Assembly (NCBI GenBank): GCA_905178155.1
Contig: CAJINV010000004.1
Coordinates: 8,764,882 to 8,828,881 of the forward strand
Source: Amoebophrya sp. A120
Taxonomy: Eukaryota > Protista > Dinoflagellata
Direction: 5' to 3'
Length of the DNA: 64,000 bases
Below the pieces are notes generated by a model. It saw only the letters and a program-made list of their open reading frames with translations, had not been told where the DNA came from and made no database searches. Shown here piece after piece: positions 23,870 through 36,415 of the stretch; position 1 is the stretch's first letter; every line of letters begins with the position of its first letter. The translations under genes were made by a program, and so were the position numbers.

Positions 23870-26390
23870 TGAGACTCACAATTGAGTGAGCAGTCGCATT
23901 TGGAGAAGGTGTTGTGAGCCTACGCACGAGTGCGGTTTTTGTGGGCACTTGGTGTGAGCGGAATGCTTGATGTGGGTGATATGAGTGGTACTCCAGGTCC
24001 AGTTCTGTTTGTTACGGACGGCGTTTCTGTCATTTTGTCTATAGCAAGCGCAACGCGTCGTTTGCGTCTTATTGAGAATGGTCGCGTTTTTCGGCTGCCA
24101 CGCCCGCCCGGCTTCGACGAGGAGCGAAGACGAATCCTCCAGGGCTTCATTTTCCGAGCCTTCCGAAGAGCTCCGAGAAGAAGCGGAGCATCCCAGGAAC
24201 ACAAACTGGACGCGCAGTGGGCCGACTCGAAAGTAAACGATGCCATAACCGGCATCGTGCGAGAACTGGCGGCGCTTGGTGTTTGGACTGGTGCTTTACA
24301 TCGTCGCCGCGGCCGATCTCCTCCCCCGGATTGGACTCTGTACTTGGCCGCCTTCGCCCTGGCCTTGCCCCCAACCGGGCCAAGCAATCTTGGGGCGGCT
24401 TCCGCGTGCGCCACGGGCACAGCGCGCCCACGCCCTCGGGCCCCATCGCCCGTTAAGCAGGAGGGGCCCCCGTGCCGCTGCCTCGTCGTGCTGGGCCCCC
24501 CGCGCCGGCCGGGCGCAGCGCTGCTCCCGCCTGAAGGAGCTAGGGCCGCGCGCCTGGTCTCCCCGGCGCTAAAGGCCATGCGCTCGGGCCCGCAGAGCGT
24601 GCGGGCATCATCGTCGCGCGGGCGGGCTACGTGCGGCCTCCCCGTGCCGTTGTGGCTCTCCGATGCGGGCTTCCAAGTTCTTCCCGTGCGCTTTCTGCTG
24701 TGCGTGGTGCAAATCAATTGCTACTGCCCCTCCAAGTCCGAAAAAAGCCGTTAGAAGCTCAGGGGCGTTCAGCTACAATGGTGCAGGCGTGCAGTGCCCT
24801 GCTCCAGCGTGAGAGGCGGGGTCACAGGTTTCCGGATCTGATATGAGGGTGAGGGCTGGAAGCGAGTTGTGACGCTCGTTGCAACGCATGGTGCCGAGCG
24901 AGAGCTTCTGTGCGAGTGAGCTGAAGATCAAATGTGAAGCTCACAGCTGAGTGAGCAGTCCCATTTGAGAAGGTGTATTTGTGAGGCAACATACGAGTGC
25001 GGTTTTTTTGGGCACTTGGTGTGGGCGGAATGCTTGATGTGAGTGTTACGAGTGGTACTAGAATTACAGTTCCTTCTTGGTATGGACGATTTCCGCGACG
25101 TTTCTGATGTTGTGTCTATAGCAAGCGCAACGCGCCGATTGCGCCTTTTTGAGAATGGCCGCTCTTCGTCGGCCACACCCGCCCGGCTCCGACGAGGAGC
25201 GAAGAGGAATCCTCCAGGACTTCACCTTCCGAGCCCCCCGAAGAGCCCCCGAGAAGAAGCGGAGCAGGTGGCTTCCGAGCTCGGGCGGCGGGAAAGGGCT
25301 AAATCTACTGCTGCAGCGGGCGCCGTCCGACGTGCGTTCAGGTCATACCACAATGAAAAGCGCCCCGCCCCCAGTGGTCCCAATTCGTATTATTATGGCG
25401 AAGCCTGCGCGTGTTTTCCTTGCATGAAAAGGCTCGGGCCGCTGCTACTTCATATGCGGGGTTTTGAGAAAACCGAAGCAGCTTTCACTAAACAAGCTCC
25501 ATGTCATTTGCGGGACCTTTTTGCAGCACCGATTTTGCTGGCGATTCTGCATCGCAAATTTACGTTCGTTGCAATTCCGAGGTAGGGGGGTTTTTCAATG
25601 TGATAGGCCTGGACCTTCGGAAACGACGAAAACTTTCGCCGGGCGGAATAGTTTAGATGTCGCCGACCCCCGCGACAGGGTGATCCGTGGCAGAGAGTTA
25701 TTCATCCGGACGCAGGTGGTGCGGAGGGGGGCGCGGTGGCACACGGCCCGGCATCCGGACAAAGAGGCGCGCGCGAAGGTATTCGAATCGACGCGGCTCC
25801 TAGTAGTATCTGCTGACGGCCCCAAGCAGCCGCGGGGCCTCGCTCGTGTACACCATCAAGAGCGCAGCGCGCCCGCGCCTCGCGGCGCAGGGGGCGGCCT
25901 CCGTGCGGCTGCCTCTCCGTTCTGGGCCGTTCTGGGCCCCGCGTGCGGCCGGGCGCAGCACTGCCCCGCCCCGCCTGAAGGCGCTACGCCCGCGCGCCAG
26001 GTCCCGCTCCGTGCGGGAGGCCACGCGCCCGGGCCCGCAGCGCGTGCGAGAACCATTCGCGCGCGGGCGGGCTGCGTGCGGCCGTGCCGTTGTGGGTCTC
26101 CGATGCGGGCGTTCGCGTTCGTTCCGTGCGTTTGCAGCTATCTGTCGTACAAATTAATTACTACTGTCCCTCCGAGTCCGAAGAAGGCTCGCAAAAGCTC
26201 GTCATGGGCGTTCAGCTACAATGGCGCGGGCGTGCAGTGCTCTGTTCCAGTTTGAGAGGCGTTGCAGGTTCCGGAGCCGAGGTGAGAGTGAGGGCTGGAA
26301 GCGAGTTGTGATGCTGGTTGAAATGGATGGCGCCAAGCGGGAGCTGCTGCGCGTGCAATGAAGGGCGGATTTAGTGTGCGAGTGAGCTGC
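23870..26390. repeat. Two diverged tandem copies of a ~1.05-kb unit; the second has a different central segment
   Basis: 23875-24190 matches 24940-25265, and ~24400-24920 matches ~25850-26390 (e.g. gggcgttcagctacaatgg..gcgtgcagtgc in both). Confidence 0.8.
25346..25605. mobile_element. Degenerate family-F-like introner inside repeat DNA
   Basis: Ends taccacaatgaaaagcgcccc / ggggggtttttcaatgtgata resemble 16212-16518; direct repeat ggtca/ggcct. Confidence 0.6.
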
Positions 26391-26499
26391 GGAGACGCCG
26401 CCCCGGGTGGTAGTTTCCCACCTAGCATAAGGCATTCCAGCGGCGCCGGAGCAGCGGGCGGGGCCCTCGAGGGCCTCCACTTTGTCCCAGCCGCGCGAC

Positions 26500-27090
26500 C
26501 GCGCAGGGCGGAGGCCGTCGCCCGCCGGGGACTTAGCGTCGCCCGCCAGGCAGAAAAAGTGGCCGGCCCCGGCGCGGGGCTTATGGGGCGGTTTTCTGGG
26601 TTTCGAAACATTGCCCCGCACCCGAGAAAGCCGGCCGCGGTGTCAGGCGGTGGGGCGGCCCCCCGGGCGTCGGCAGATTGCCCCCGCCGGCTTCTGATTT
26701 TGGGGGCGCTTTTCTGCGCCTCGGAAAACTGCCCTCCCGCCGGGGGAAGCGTCGCCCGCCGGCCCGAAAAAGTGGCCGGCGCCGGCTTCTGATTTTGGAG
26801 GCGCCTTTCTGCGCCTCGGAAAACTGCCCTCCCGCCGGGGGAAGCGTCGCCCGCCGGCCCGAAAAAGTGGCCGGCGCCGGCTTCTGATATCGGGGGCGCT
26901 TTTCTGCGCCTCGGAAAACTGTCCTCCCGCCGGGGGAAGCGTCTCCTGCCGGTCCGAAAAAGTGGCCGGCGCTGGCTTCTGGTTTTGGGGGCGCTTTTCT
27001 GCGCCTCGGAAAACTGCCCTCCCGCCGGGGGAAGCGTCGGCCGCTGGCCCAGAAAAGTGGGTGGCCGGCGCCGGCTTTCGGGTGGCAGCT
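26500..27090. repeat. GC-rich 95-bp tandem repeat (~5-6 copies)
   Basis: cttctg start recurs at 26691, 26786, 26881 and 26976. Confidence 0.92.
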
Positions 27091-27299
27091 GGGGAAAACC
27101 GCCTCCGGGCGAAATTGGTTCCAGCAAAGTGCTCTGCCTCCAACGTGCTGGAGCAGGCCCTTTCGGCGCGCAGCTGATGAAGAAATCGCCTTCGGGCGAA
27201 ATTGTTTCCAGCAAGGTATTCTGCCTCCACGTGTATCACTACTGATAGCGACTACTTATTTTGTTGAACTCATGCGCCGAGAAATAGCTGATCCTGATT

Positions 27300-30200
27300 T
27301 TGATTCTGAATTGAGGCTAAATAAAAATGAAGTTTTGAAATTTCGTGGATGCTGTTTTCAAAGGGTTTAGGGAACAACTCGAGGTTTCGGGCAGCGGACG
27401 GCAGGCACCACTTTGAAGCAGTTTTTTCGGCTTCGGGGATTCGTACTCAGTTCCCGTTTCGACTCGGAAATTGCGTGAAAGCCCGGCTCTTCCAGAAGAC
27501 CGCGCTTTTTGCAGGGTTTTCGGGCTTCGCGGATTCGTACTTACGCCGCGTTTCGTGTAGAATAACAATAAGGTGCGAAAAACTGGGATCTCTAGGACGC
27601 ACCTCTTCCGAGCCCTTTTTTCGGCTTCGGGAATTCGTACTCAGGTCGTGTTTCGGGTAGAGTAAGATGCGGAAAACTGGGCTCTCCGCGAAGCACATCT
27701 CAGAGACACTTTTTACGGCTTCGGGGATTCGTGCTCGCGCCGTGCTTTGAACAGAAAAGGGTGCGCAAAACTGGGGCCTCTGCCAGACGTCGCTCGCGAG
27801 GTGGTTTTTCATGTGAGCAAAGGCGCAGCAGTGTGCAGCACTACAGATCATAGTTGCTATTATTTCGAACTCATCAGGAACACAGCCTTCGTTTTTGAAT
27901 TGAAGCCTCATAAAAATAAAATTTTGAAATTTCGCGGATGCTGCTTCAAAAGGATTTGCCTTTGGGCAATTCGCGGCTGCACCACTTTGAAGCAGTTTTT
28001 GTGGCTTCGGGGATTCGTACTCACGCCGTGTTTCGCGCAACGAAGAAGTGCGAAAACTGAACGTTTGGCGCGAGCCGCTTCTCGCCGGTTTTTTCGTCTT
28101 TGGGAATTCGTACTCAGGTCGTGTTTTGGCTCGGAAATTTCGTGGAAGAGCAGCTCTTCCAAAAGACCGCGCTTTTTGCAGGGTTTTTTGGGGCTTCGCG
28201 GATTCGTATCCACGCCGTGTTTCGTGTAGAATAAGGTGCGAAAAACTGGGATCTCTGCGACTCACGTGTTCCGCGCCGTTTTTTCGGCTTCGGGAATCGG
28301 TACTCAGGTCGTGTTTCGGGCGCAAGAAAGGCTCTGAAAACTGGGACCTTGGGGGAGAACTGCTCTCGGGCAGTGCTTTTGGCCTTTGGGGATTCGTACT
28401 CACGCCGTGTTTCGGCTAGACTAAGATGCGGAAAACTGGGCTCTCCGCGAAGCACATCTCAGAGACACTTTTTGCGGCTTCGGGGATTCGTACTCAGGTC
28501 GTGTCTCGCGCAACGAAACAGTGCGGAAACTGAACGTCTGGCGCGAGCCGCTTCTCGCCGGTTTTTTCGGCTTCGGGAATTCGTACTCCGGTCGCGTTTC
28601 GAGTAGAAAAAATGCGCGGAAAGCCGGGCCCTTCAGAAGGTCACGCTTTTTGAAGGGTCTTTGCGCTTCGGGGATTCGTACTCAGCTCGTGGCCCGCGCA
28701 ACGAAGAAGCACGAATGCTGAACTTCTGGTGCCCGCCGCGTCGCGCCGGTTTTTTCGGCTTCGGGAATCGGTACTCAGGTCGTGTTTTGACTCGGAAATT
28801 GTGGGGAAGGGCGGCTCTTCCAGAAGACCACGCTTTTTTGCAGGGTTTTGGGGCTTCGGGGATTCGTACTCACGCCGGGCGTCGGGTGTACGGACGCGCG
28901 GGAAGTTGGGATCTCCGGAAGGCACCTTTCCTAGACCGTTTTTTCGGCTTCGGGAATTTGTACTCAGGTCCTGTTTCGGGCGCAAGAAGGGCTCTGGAAG
29001 CTGGGACCTTCCAGAGGCACGGCTCTCGGGCAGTGCTTTTGGGCTTCGGAGATTCGTACTCAGGTTGTGTTTTGAACAGAAAAGCGTGTGCAAAGCTGGC
29101 ACCCCCGCCAGACGTCGCTCGCGAGGTGGTTTCTCATAGGAGCAAAGGCGCAGCCGTGTGTGACACTACAGATAGTTGCTATTGTTTCGAACACATCAGA
29201 AAAAAAGCCTTCGTATTTGAATTGAGGCCGCATAAAAATAAAATTTTGAAATTTCGTGGATGGTGCTTCAAAAGGATTTGCCTTTGGACAATTCGAGGCT
29301 GCACCACTTTGAAGCAGTTTTTGCGGCTTCGGGAATTCGTACTCAGGTCGTGGCTCGCGCAACCAAGCAGTGCGAAAACTAAACTTCTGGCGCTCGCCCC
29401 GTCGCGCCGGTTTTTTCGGCTTCGGGAATTGGTACTCAGGTCGTGTTTTGACTCGGAAATGGCGCGAAAGCCCGGCTCTTCCAGAAGACCACGCTTTTTG
29501 CAGGGGTTTTTGGGCTTCGCGGATTCGTACCTAGGCCGCGTTTCGCGTAGAATAAGGTGCGAAAAGCTGGGATCTCTGGGACGCACCTCTTCCGAGCCCT
29601 TTTTCCGGCTTTGGAGATTCGTACTCAGGTCGTGTTTCGGCTAGAGTAAGATGCGGAAAACTAGGCTCTCCGCAAAGCACCTCTCAGAGCCACTTTTTTC
29701 GGCTTCGGGGATTTGTGCTCACGCCGTGCTTTGAACAGAAAAGCGTGTGCAAAACTGGCGCCTCTTTCAGGCGTCGCTCGCGAGGTGGTTTTTCATATGA
29801 GCAAAGGTGCAGCAGTGTGTATCACCCCAGATAGTTGCCTTCATTTCGAAGTCATCAGGAAAACAGCCTTCGTTTACGTTTTTGAATTGAAGCCAGACAA
29901 AAATAAAATTTTGAAATTTCGCGGATGCTGCTTCAAAAGGATTTACCTTTGGACAATTCGAGGCTGCACCACTTTGAAGCAGTTTTTGCGGTCTCGGGGA
30001 TTCGTACTCAGGTCGTGTTTCGCGCAACCAAACAGTGCGAAAATTGAACGTTTAGCGCGAGCCGCTTCTCGCCGGTTTTTTCGGCTTTGGGAATCGGTAC
30101 TCAGGTCGTGTTTTGACTCGGAAATTGCGTGAAAGCCCGGCTCTTCCAGAAGACCACGCTTTTTGCAGGATTTTTGGCCTTCGCGGATTCGTACCCACGC

Positions 30201-33200
30201 CGTGTTTCGTGTAGACTAAGGTGCGAAAAACTGGGATCTCTGCGACTCACGTGTTCCGCGCCGTTTTTTCGGCTTCGGGAATTTGTACTCACGCCGTGTT
30301 TCGGGTAGAAAAATTCACGGCGGACAGCCGGCTCCTTCAGAAGGCCACGCTTTTGGAAGGATCTTTTGGCTTCGGGGATTCGTACTCAGGTCGTGTTTTG
30401 AACAGAAAAGCGCGTGCAAAGCTGGGGCCTCTGCCAGACGTCGGTCGCGAGGTCGTTTTTCATATGAGCAAAGCTGCAGCAGTGTGTATCACCACAGATA
30501 GTTGCTAGGTATTATTTCGAAGTCATCAGGAAAGCAGCCTTCGTTTGTGAGTCGAAGCCTCATAAAAATAAAATTTTGACATTTCGCGGATGCTGCTGTA
30601 ACAGGATTCACCTTTGGAAAATTCGAGGCTGCACCACTTTGAGGCAGCTTGGCGGCTTCGGGAATTCGTGCTCAGGTCGCGGTTCGCGCAACGAAGAGAT
30701 GCGAAAACTGAACGTTTGGCGCGAGCCGCTTCTCGCCGGTGTTTTCGGCTTCGGGGATTCGTACTCAGTTCGTGTTTTGACTCGGAAACTGGGTGAAAAC
30801 CCGGCTCTTCCAAAAGACCGCGCTTTCTGTGGGGTTTTTGGGCTTCGCGGATTCGTACCCACGCCGCGTTTCGCGTAGAATAAGGTACGAAAAACTGGGA
30901 TCTCTGGGACGCACCTCTTCCGAGCCGTTTTTGCGGCTTCGGGAATTCGTACTCAGGTCGCATTTCGGGCGCAAAAAGGGGTCTGAAAATTGGGATCTTG
31001 GGGAGGAACTGCTCTCGGGCAGTGCTTTTGGGCGTCGGGGATTCGTACTCCGGTCGTGCTTTGAACAGAAAAGGGTGCGCAAGGCTGGGACCTCTTTCAG
31101 GCGTCGCTCGTGAGGTGGTTTCTCATAGGAGCAAAGGCGCAGCAATGTGTGACACTACAGATAGTTGCTATTGTTTCGAACACATCAGAAAAAAAGCCTT
31201 CGTATTTGAATTGAGGCCGCATAAAAATAAAATTTTGAAATTTCGCGGATGGTGCTTCAAAAGGATTTGCCTTTGGACAATTCGAGGCTGCACCACTTTG
31301 AGGCAGTTTTTGCGGCTTCGGGGATTCGTACTCAGGTCTTGTTTCGCGCAACCAAACAGTGCGAAAACTAAACTTCTGGCGCTCGCCGCGTCGCGCCGGT
31401 TTTTTCGGCTTCGGGAATCGGTACTCAGTTCGTGTTTTGATTCGGAAACTGCGTGAAAACCCGGGTCTTCCAGAAGACCAGGCTTTTTGCAAGGTTTTTG
31501 GGCTTCGCGGATTCGTACCTACGCCGCGTTTCGCGTAGAATAAGGTGCGAAAAACTGGGATCTCTGGGAAGCACCCCTTCCGCGCCCTTTTTCCGGCTTC
31601 GGAGATTCGTACTCAGGTCGTGTTTCGGGCGCAAGAAAGGCTCTGAAAACTGGGACTTTGGGGGAGAACTGCTCTCGGGCAGTGCTTTTGGCCTTTGGGG
31701 ATTCGTACTCACGCCGTGTTTCGGCTAGACTAAGATGCGGAAAACTGGGCTCTCCGCGAAGCACATCTCAGAGACACTTTTTGCGGCTTCGGGGATTCGT
31801 ACTCAGGTCGTGCTTTGAACAGAAAAGCGTGTGCAAAGCTGGGACCTCTTTCAGGCGTCGCTCGTGAGGTGGTTTCTCATATGAGCAAAGGCGCAGCAGT
31901 GTGTATCACTACAGATAGTTGCCTTCATTTCGAAGTCATCAGGAAAACAGCCTTCGTTTTTGAATTGAGGCCACATAAAAATAAAATTTTGAAATTTCGC
32001 GGATGCTGCTTCAAAAGAATTTACCTTTGAAAAATTCGAGGTTGCGCCACTTTGAGGCAGTTTTTGAGGCTTCGGGAATTCGTACTGAGGTCGTGTTTTG
32101 GCTCGGAAATTGCGTGAAAGCCCGGCTCTTCCAAAAGACCGCGCTTTTTGCACGGGTTTTTGGGCTTCGCGGATTCGTACCTTCCTCGCGTTTCGTGTAT
32201 ACCAAGGTGCGAAAAACTGGGATCTCTGGGACGCACCTCTTCCGAGCCCTTTTTTCGGCTTCGGGAATTGGTACTCAGGTCGTGTTTCGGGCGCAAAAAG
32301 GGCTCCGAAAACTTGGACCTTGGGGAAGAACCGCTCTCGGGCAGTGCTTTTGGCCTTTGGGGATTCGTACTCACGCCGTGTTTCGGGCAGACTAAGATGC
32401 GGAAAGCTGGGCTCCCCGCGAAGCACCTCTCAGAGCCGCTTTTTGCGGCTTCGGGGATTTGTACTCAGGTCATGTTTTGAACAGAAAAGGGTGCGCAAAG
32501 CTGGGACCTCTGCCAGACGTCGCTCGCGAGGTGGTTTTTCATATGAGCAAAGCTGCAGCAGTGTGTATCACTACAGATAGTTGCTATCATTTCGAAGTCA
32601 TCAGGACAAGAGCCTTCGTATTTGAATTAAGGCCACATAAAAATAAAATTTTGAAATTTCGCGGATGCTGCTCTTTAAAAGGATTTGCCTTTGGAAAATT
32701 CGAGGTTGCACCACTGTGAGGCAGTTTTTGCGGCTTCGGGGATTCGTACTCACGCCGTGCTTCGCGCAACGAAGAAGCGCGAAAACTGAACTTCTGGCGC
32801 TCGCCGCGTCGCGCCGGTTTTTTCGGCTTCGGGAATCGGTACTCAGGTCGTGTTTTGACTCGGAAATTGCGTGAAAGCCCGGCTCTTCCAAAAGACCGCG
32901 CTTTTTGCAGGGGTTTTTGGGCTTCGCGGATTCGTACCCACGCCGCGTTTCGCGTAGAATAAGGTGCGGAAAACTGGGATCTCTGGGACGCACCTCTTCC
33001 GAGACCTTTTTTCGGCTTCGGAAATTCGTACTCAGGTCGTGTTTCGGGCGCAAGAAGGGCTCGGAAAATTGGGACCTTCGGGAAGAACTGCTCTCGGGCA
33101 GTGTCTTTGGGCTTCGAAGATTCCTGCTCGCATTGTGTTTCGGGTAGACTAAGGTGCGGGAAGTTGGGGTCTCCGCAAAGCACCTCTCAGGGACACTTTT

Positions 33201-33300
33201 TTCGGCCTCGGGGATTCGTACTCAGGTCGTGTTTCGCGCAACGAAGAAGTGCGAAAACTGAACGTTTGGCGCGAGCCGCTTCTCGCCGGGTGCGAAAGCT
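27300..33300. repeat. Satellite: ~94-bp monomers organised in ~660-bp (7-mer) higher-order repeats
   Basis: Core ggcttcggg(g/a)attcgtactcaggtcgtg recurs every ~94 bp. Marker aaaaataaaattttgaaatttcg occurs at ~27911, 29233, 29900, 30563, 31222, 31975 and 32637. Confidence 0.93.
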
Positions 33301-33329
33301 GAACGCTCTGGTGCGAAAACTGAACGTTT

Positions 33330-33508
33330 GCCGCCATTTTGGGGACCGCGAATTTGCCCGGCAGGCACGCTATGCTGGCCTCGGAAGTGGCCAAAAAGCT
33401 GCCCCCCGCGGGCAGCCATTTTGGGGGCCGCGAATTTGTCCGGCAGGCACGCTATGCTGGCCTCGGGGGGGGCCAAAAAGTCGCCCCCCGCTAGCAGCCA
33501 TTTTGGGG
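33330..33508. repeat. ~82-bp tandem repeat running into the gap
   Basis: gccattttgggg at ~33333, 33415 and 33497. Confidence 0.8.
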
Positions 33509-33608
33509 NNNNNNNNNNNNNNNNNNNNNNNNNNNNNNNNNNNNNNNNNNNNNNNNNNNNNNNNNNNNNNNNNNNNNNNNNNNNNNNNNNNNNNNNNNNN
33601 NNNNNNNN
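33509..33608. other. Assembly gap (100 N)
   Basis: Run of n characters. Confidence 1.
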
Positions 33609-34625
33609 CCCCGCATGGACGTCTGGCTTTTGGGGCGGCAGAAAGTGACGTCGTCTTGGATAGCAGCTTTTGGCCTTTCGGGAAACCGCGGCCCCGCATG
33701 GAAATCTGGCTTTTGGAGCGGCAAAAAGTGATGTCTTAGATAGCTGCTTTTGGCCTTTCGGGAAACCGCGGCCCCGCATGGCAGTCTGGCTTTTGGGGCG
33801 GCAAAAAAAGGTGTCGCCGATAGCAGCTGTTGGCCTTTCGGGAAACCGCGGCCCCGCATGGTAATCTGGCTTTTGGGGCGGCAAAAAGTGATGTCTTGGA
33901 TAGCAGCCTTTGGCCTTTTGGGAAACCGCGGCCCCGCATGGGAGTCTGGCTTTTGGAGCGGCAAAAAGTGATGTCTTGGGTAGCGGCTTTTGGCCTTTCG
34001 GGAAACCGCGGCCCCGCATGGAAATCTGGCTTTTGACGCGGCAAAAGACGGCGTTTCAGATGGTGGCTTTCGGCTGCTCGGGAAGAGCGGCCTCGCCTGG
34101 AAATCTGGCCTCCGTCGTGGTGGGAAAAAGATGGGCTGAGGGTAGCGCTTTTTGGCCTTTCGGAAAACCACGGCCTCGCGTGGAAATCTGGCTTTTGGCG
34201 CGGCAAAGACGACGTCGCTCATAGCAGCTTTCAGCCTTTCGGGAAATTGCGGCTTCGCAGGGAGCTCCGGCACCGGCCTCGGGTGAGAAAAAGATGGGCT
34301 GGGGTGAGAAGCTATTCGCATTTCGGGAAACCACGGCCTCGCAGGGAAACCTGGCTTTTGGCGCGGCAAAAGCCGGCGTCTCAGATAGTAGTTTGCGGCC
34401 TTTCATCGGGAAATTGCGGCCTCGCGGGGAAATCTTGCCTCCGCGGCGGGAACAAGATGGGCCGGGGGGAGCACCTTTTGGCATTTCGGGAAATCGCGGC
34501 CTCGCATCGAAGCCTGGCTCTTGAAGCGGCAGCGCCGATATCGCGCGTAGCAGCTTTTGGAATTGGAAAGTCACCTGGAAACTGCGGCCCCGCTTTTGGC
34601 ATGCAAAGGCCCCGCTTTTGGCATT
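33609..34625. repeat. 80-bp tandem repeat decaying rightwards
   Basis: ccgcatgg..tctggcttttgg..tggcctttcgggaaaccgcggc recurs at 33694, 33774, 33854, 33934 and 34014. Confidence 0.92.
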
Positions 34626-36415
34626 TCATCTGAATTTGTGGCCTCGCACTTAAGTCCGAGCTTGCGACCACAGGAAAAAAGCGATGGTCAACGGTAAGGC
34701 TCCTTGGTCTTCAGGGGCGAACAATATACTGGATGAACAAGCCGTGCCAGCACTCTGGCTACAGATGCAGAAACAGCTAGATACGCGTGAAAAATTCGTG
34801 CGAACATAGTGGCGTCACACGTTAGTACGTAGCCGATGCGGGAACCAGTAAAGATAAAATCTAGAAATAGTTTCGTTTTGGCCCCCGCGGATTGGTCTGT
34901 CCTCTGCGGCCAGAGGGCGCAACCCCGTGTTTTTTTGTGTGCAAAAATCGAGTCTTCGCCGCGCCCAGCCGCTTTTGAGGCGAAGAATGACACCGGCCAG
35001 CATGCTGTGCTGCAGCGTCGTTCGCACGAAATTTTCTTTTTCGAAAACTGGAGGCACGAATTCCTCCCGGATGCGCTTTATTTGGCTTGCCTACGACGTC
35101 TAAATATGATTTTCATTGGACCAGATACAGAGGTAACTCGTTGAAGTCTGGGCAAGATCTCTCCTTCTAGACGGAAGCTCTGAACGTGCGAACAGACCGC
35201 CACCTCGTGCGGGTTAGATGATGATGATGATGATCAAATTTGTTGCGGTCGCGTCGCAGTGTCGACGAATGTCTACCGTAGCGCTTGCGTTTTGGGTCGT
35301 CACAAGGAGTTGTGATATCAGATCAGTACCGATCGTCGACGCACCAGGAGCAAGCATTACTCGTACATGAGATCGTGCGTACGTGAGAACAGAGCATACA
35401 AGTGTTACATGTATGTATATGAAAGAGATCGCGTTATTGATGTTCTTCTTTGTGATGTTGATGCAGACCGCATGCACATGGATGGGATCATCGGGGTCGG
35501 CATTGGGCACGTACACGTAGCGTTCTGTCAATGACTCTGTTGTAGTTTCGTTTCGTGAGAGGCATAACAAAAGTCGCCGCCAGCATCGCAAAAGCTCGCC
35601 TTTTATATCGGGTTGTAAGTATTCATCACAAAAAATCAATAAAGCGAGTGCAAAATGGTTGTGAGTACTGGCCAAATTATCGTCGTCTAGGCGTCGAGGC
35701 GAGCTTGCATCTGCGTATTAATCTATGGTTAGAACAAAGGGAAAGGCCTCGGTCCTCGGCAGGCGTTGATCTTGCGCAAACCGCTACTCGGTAGACGTGC
35801 CTCGTTCGGGGCGAAGAGAAATTTGATGTGGACAAGAGACCATTTGTAACAGATTTAGGGCGATTGAATCTTTTTTTCTGTAAAGAGAAGGAACAAAAAA
35901 CGGAAAAACACAACAACCCTTCAAAAAAATTTCTTCTTGAAAATAATTCCTGAATTAACCACTGCCCCCCGTAGTTCGGCTGCCAGTAGGTTGCGCTCGG
36001 CGGATCCCACGCTGCTCGGGAACACCTGCAAATTGCCGGAGAGCTGACATTGTCTTCGACACGGGGGCAGGTGACTGAAGGCAACGCTGCGTAGTCATCT
36101 ACTTCCTGCACCAGAACTTACTGCAAGCGAGCCGTGGGAGAAGAAGCGGTACTGATCCAAACGTGCAGGAGCACTTGCTTGTAGAAACAACGGCCAGGTG
36201 CAGCGCGTGCTCGACAGCACACGGCAGGGAGTGTTAATCACTGGGTTTCGGCCACACCAGAAGGACGAGCAGGTCGGAGGAGTGTCGTAGGTGCAGCGCA
36301 AACCACAACAGAAACAGAAACAACAATCTTCTACAGCAAGGAAAAAGCCCTTCTACAGCAGGGCTTCTCCAGTTCTTTCGTAGCTGTCGGCAACCTCATC
36401 TGCTTTTGGAGCAGA

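Noticed and set aside
33330-33508. Dinoflagellate spliced-leader relic (agccattttgg)
   Set aside because: Only ~11 nt match to the DinoSL core, it lacks the ctcaag end, and it lies in a tandem repeat.
26200-34700. Many overlapping ORFs of 100-330 aa
   Set aside because: They are translations of tandem repeats on both strands with recurring peptides, not genes.
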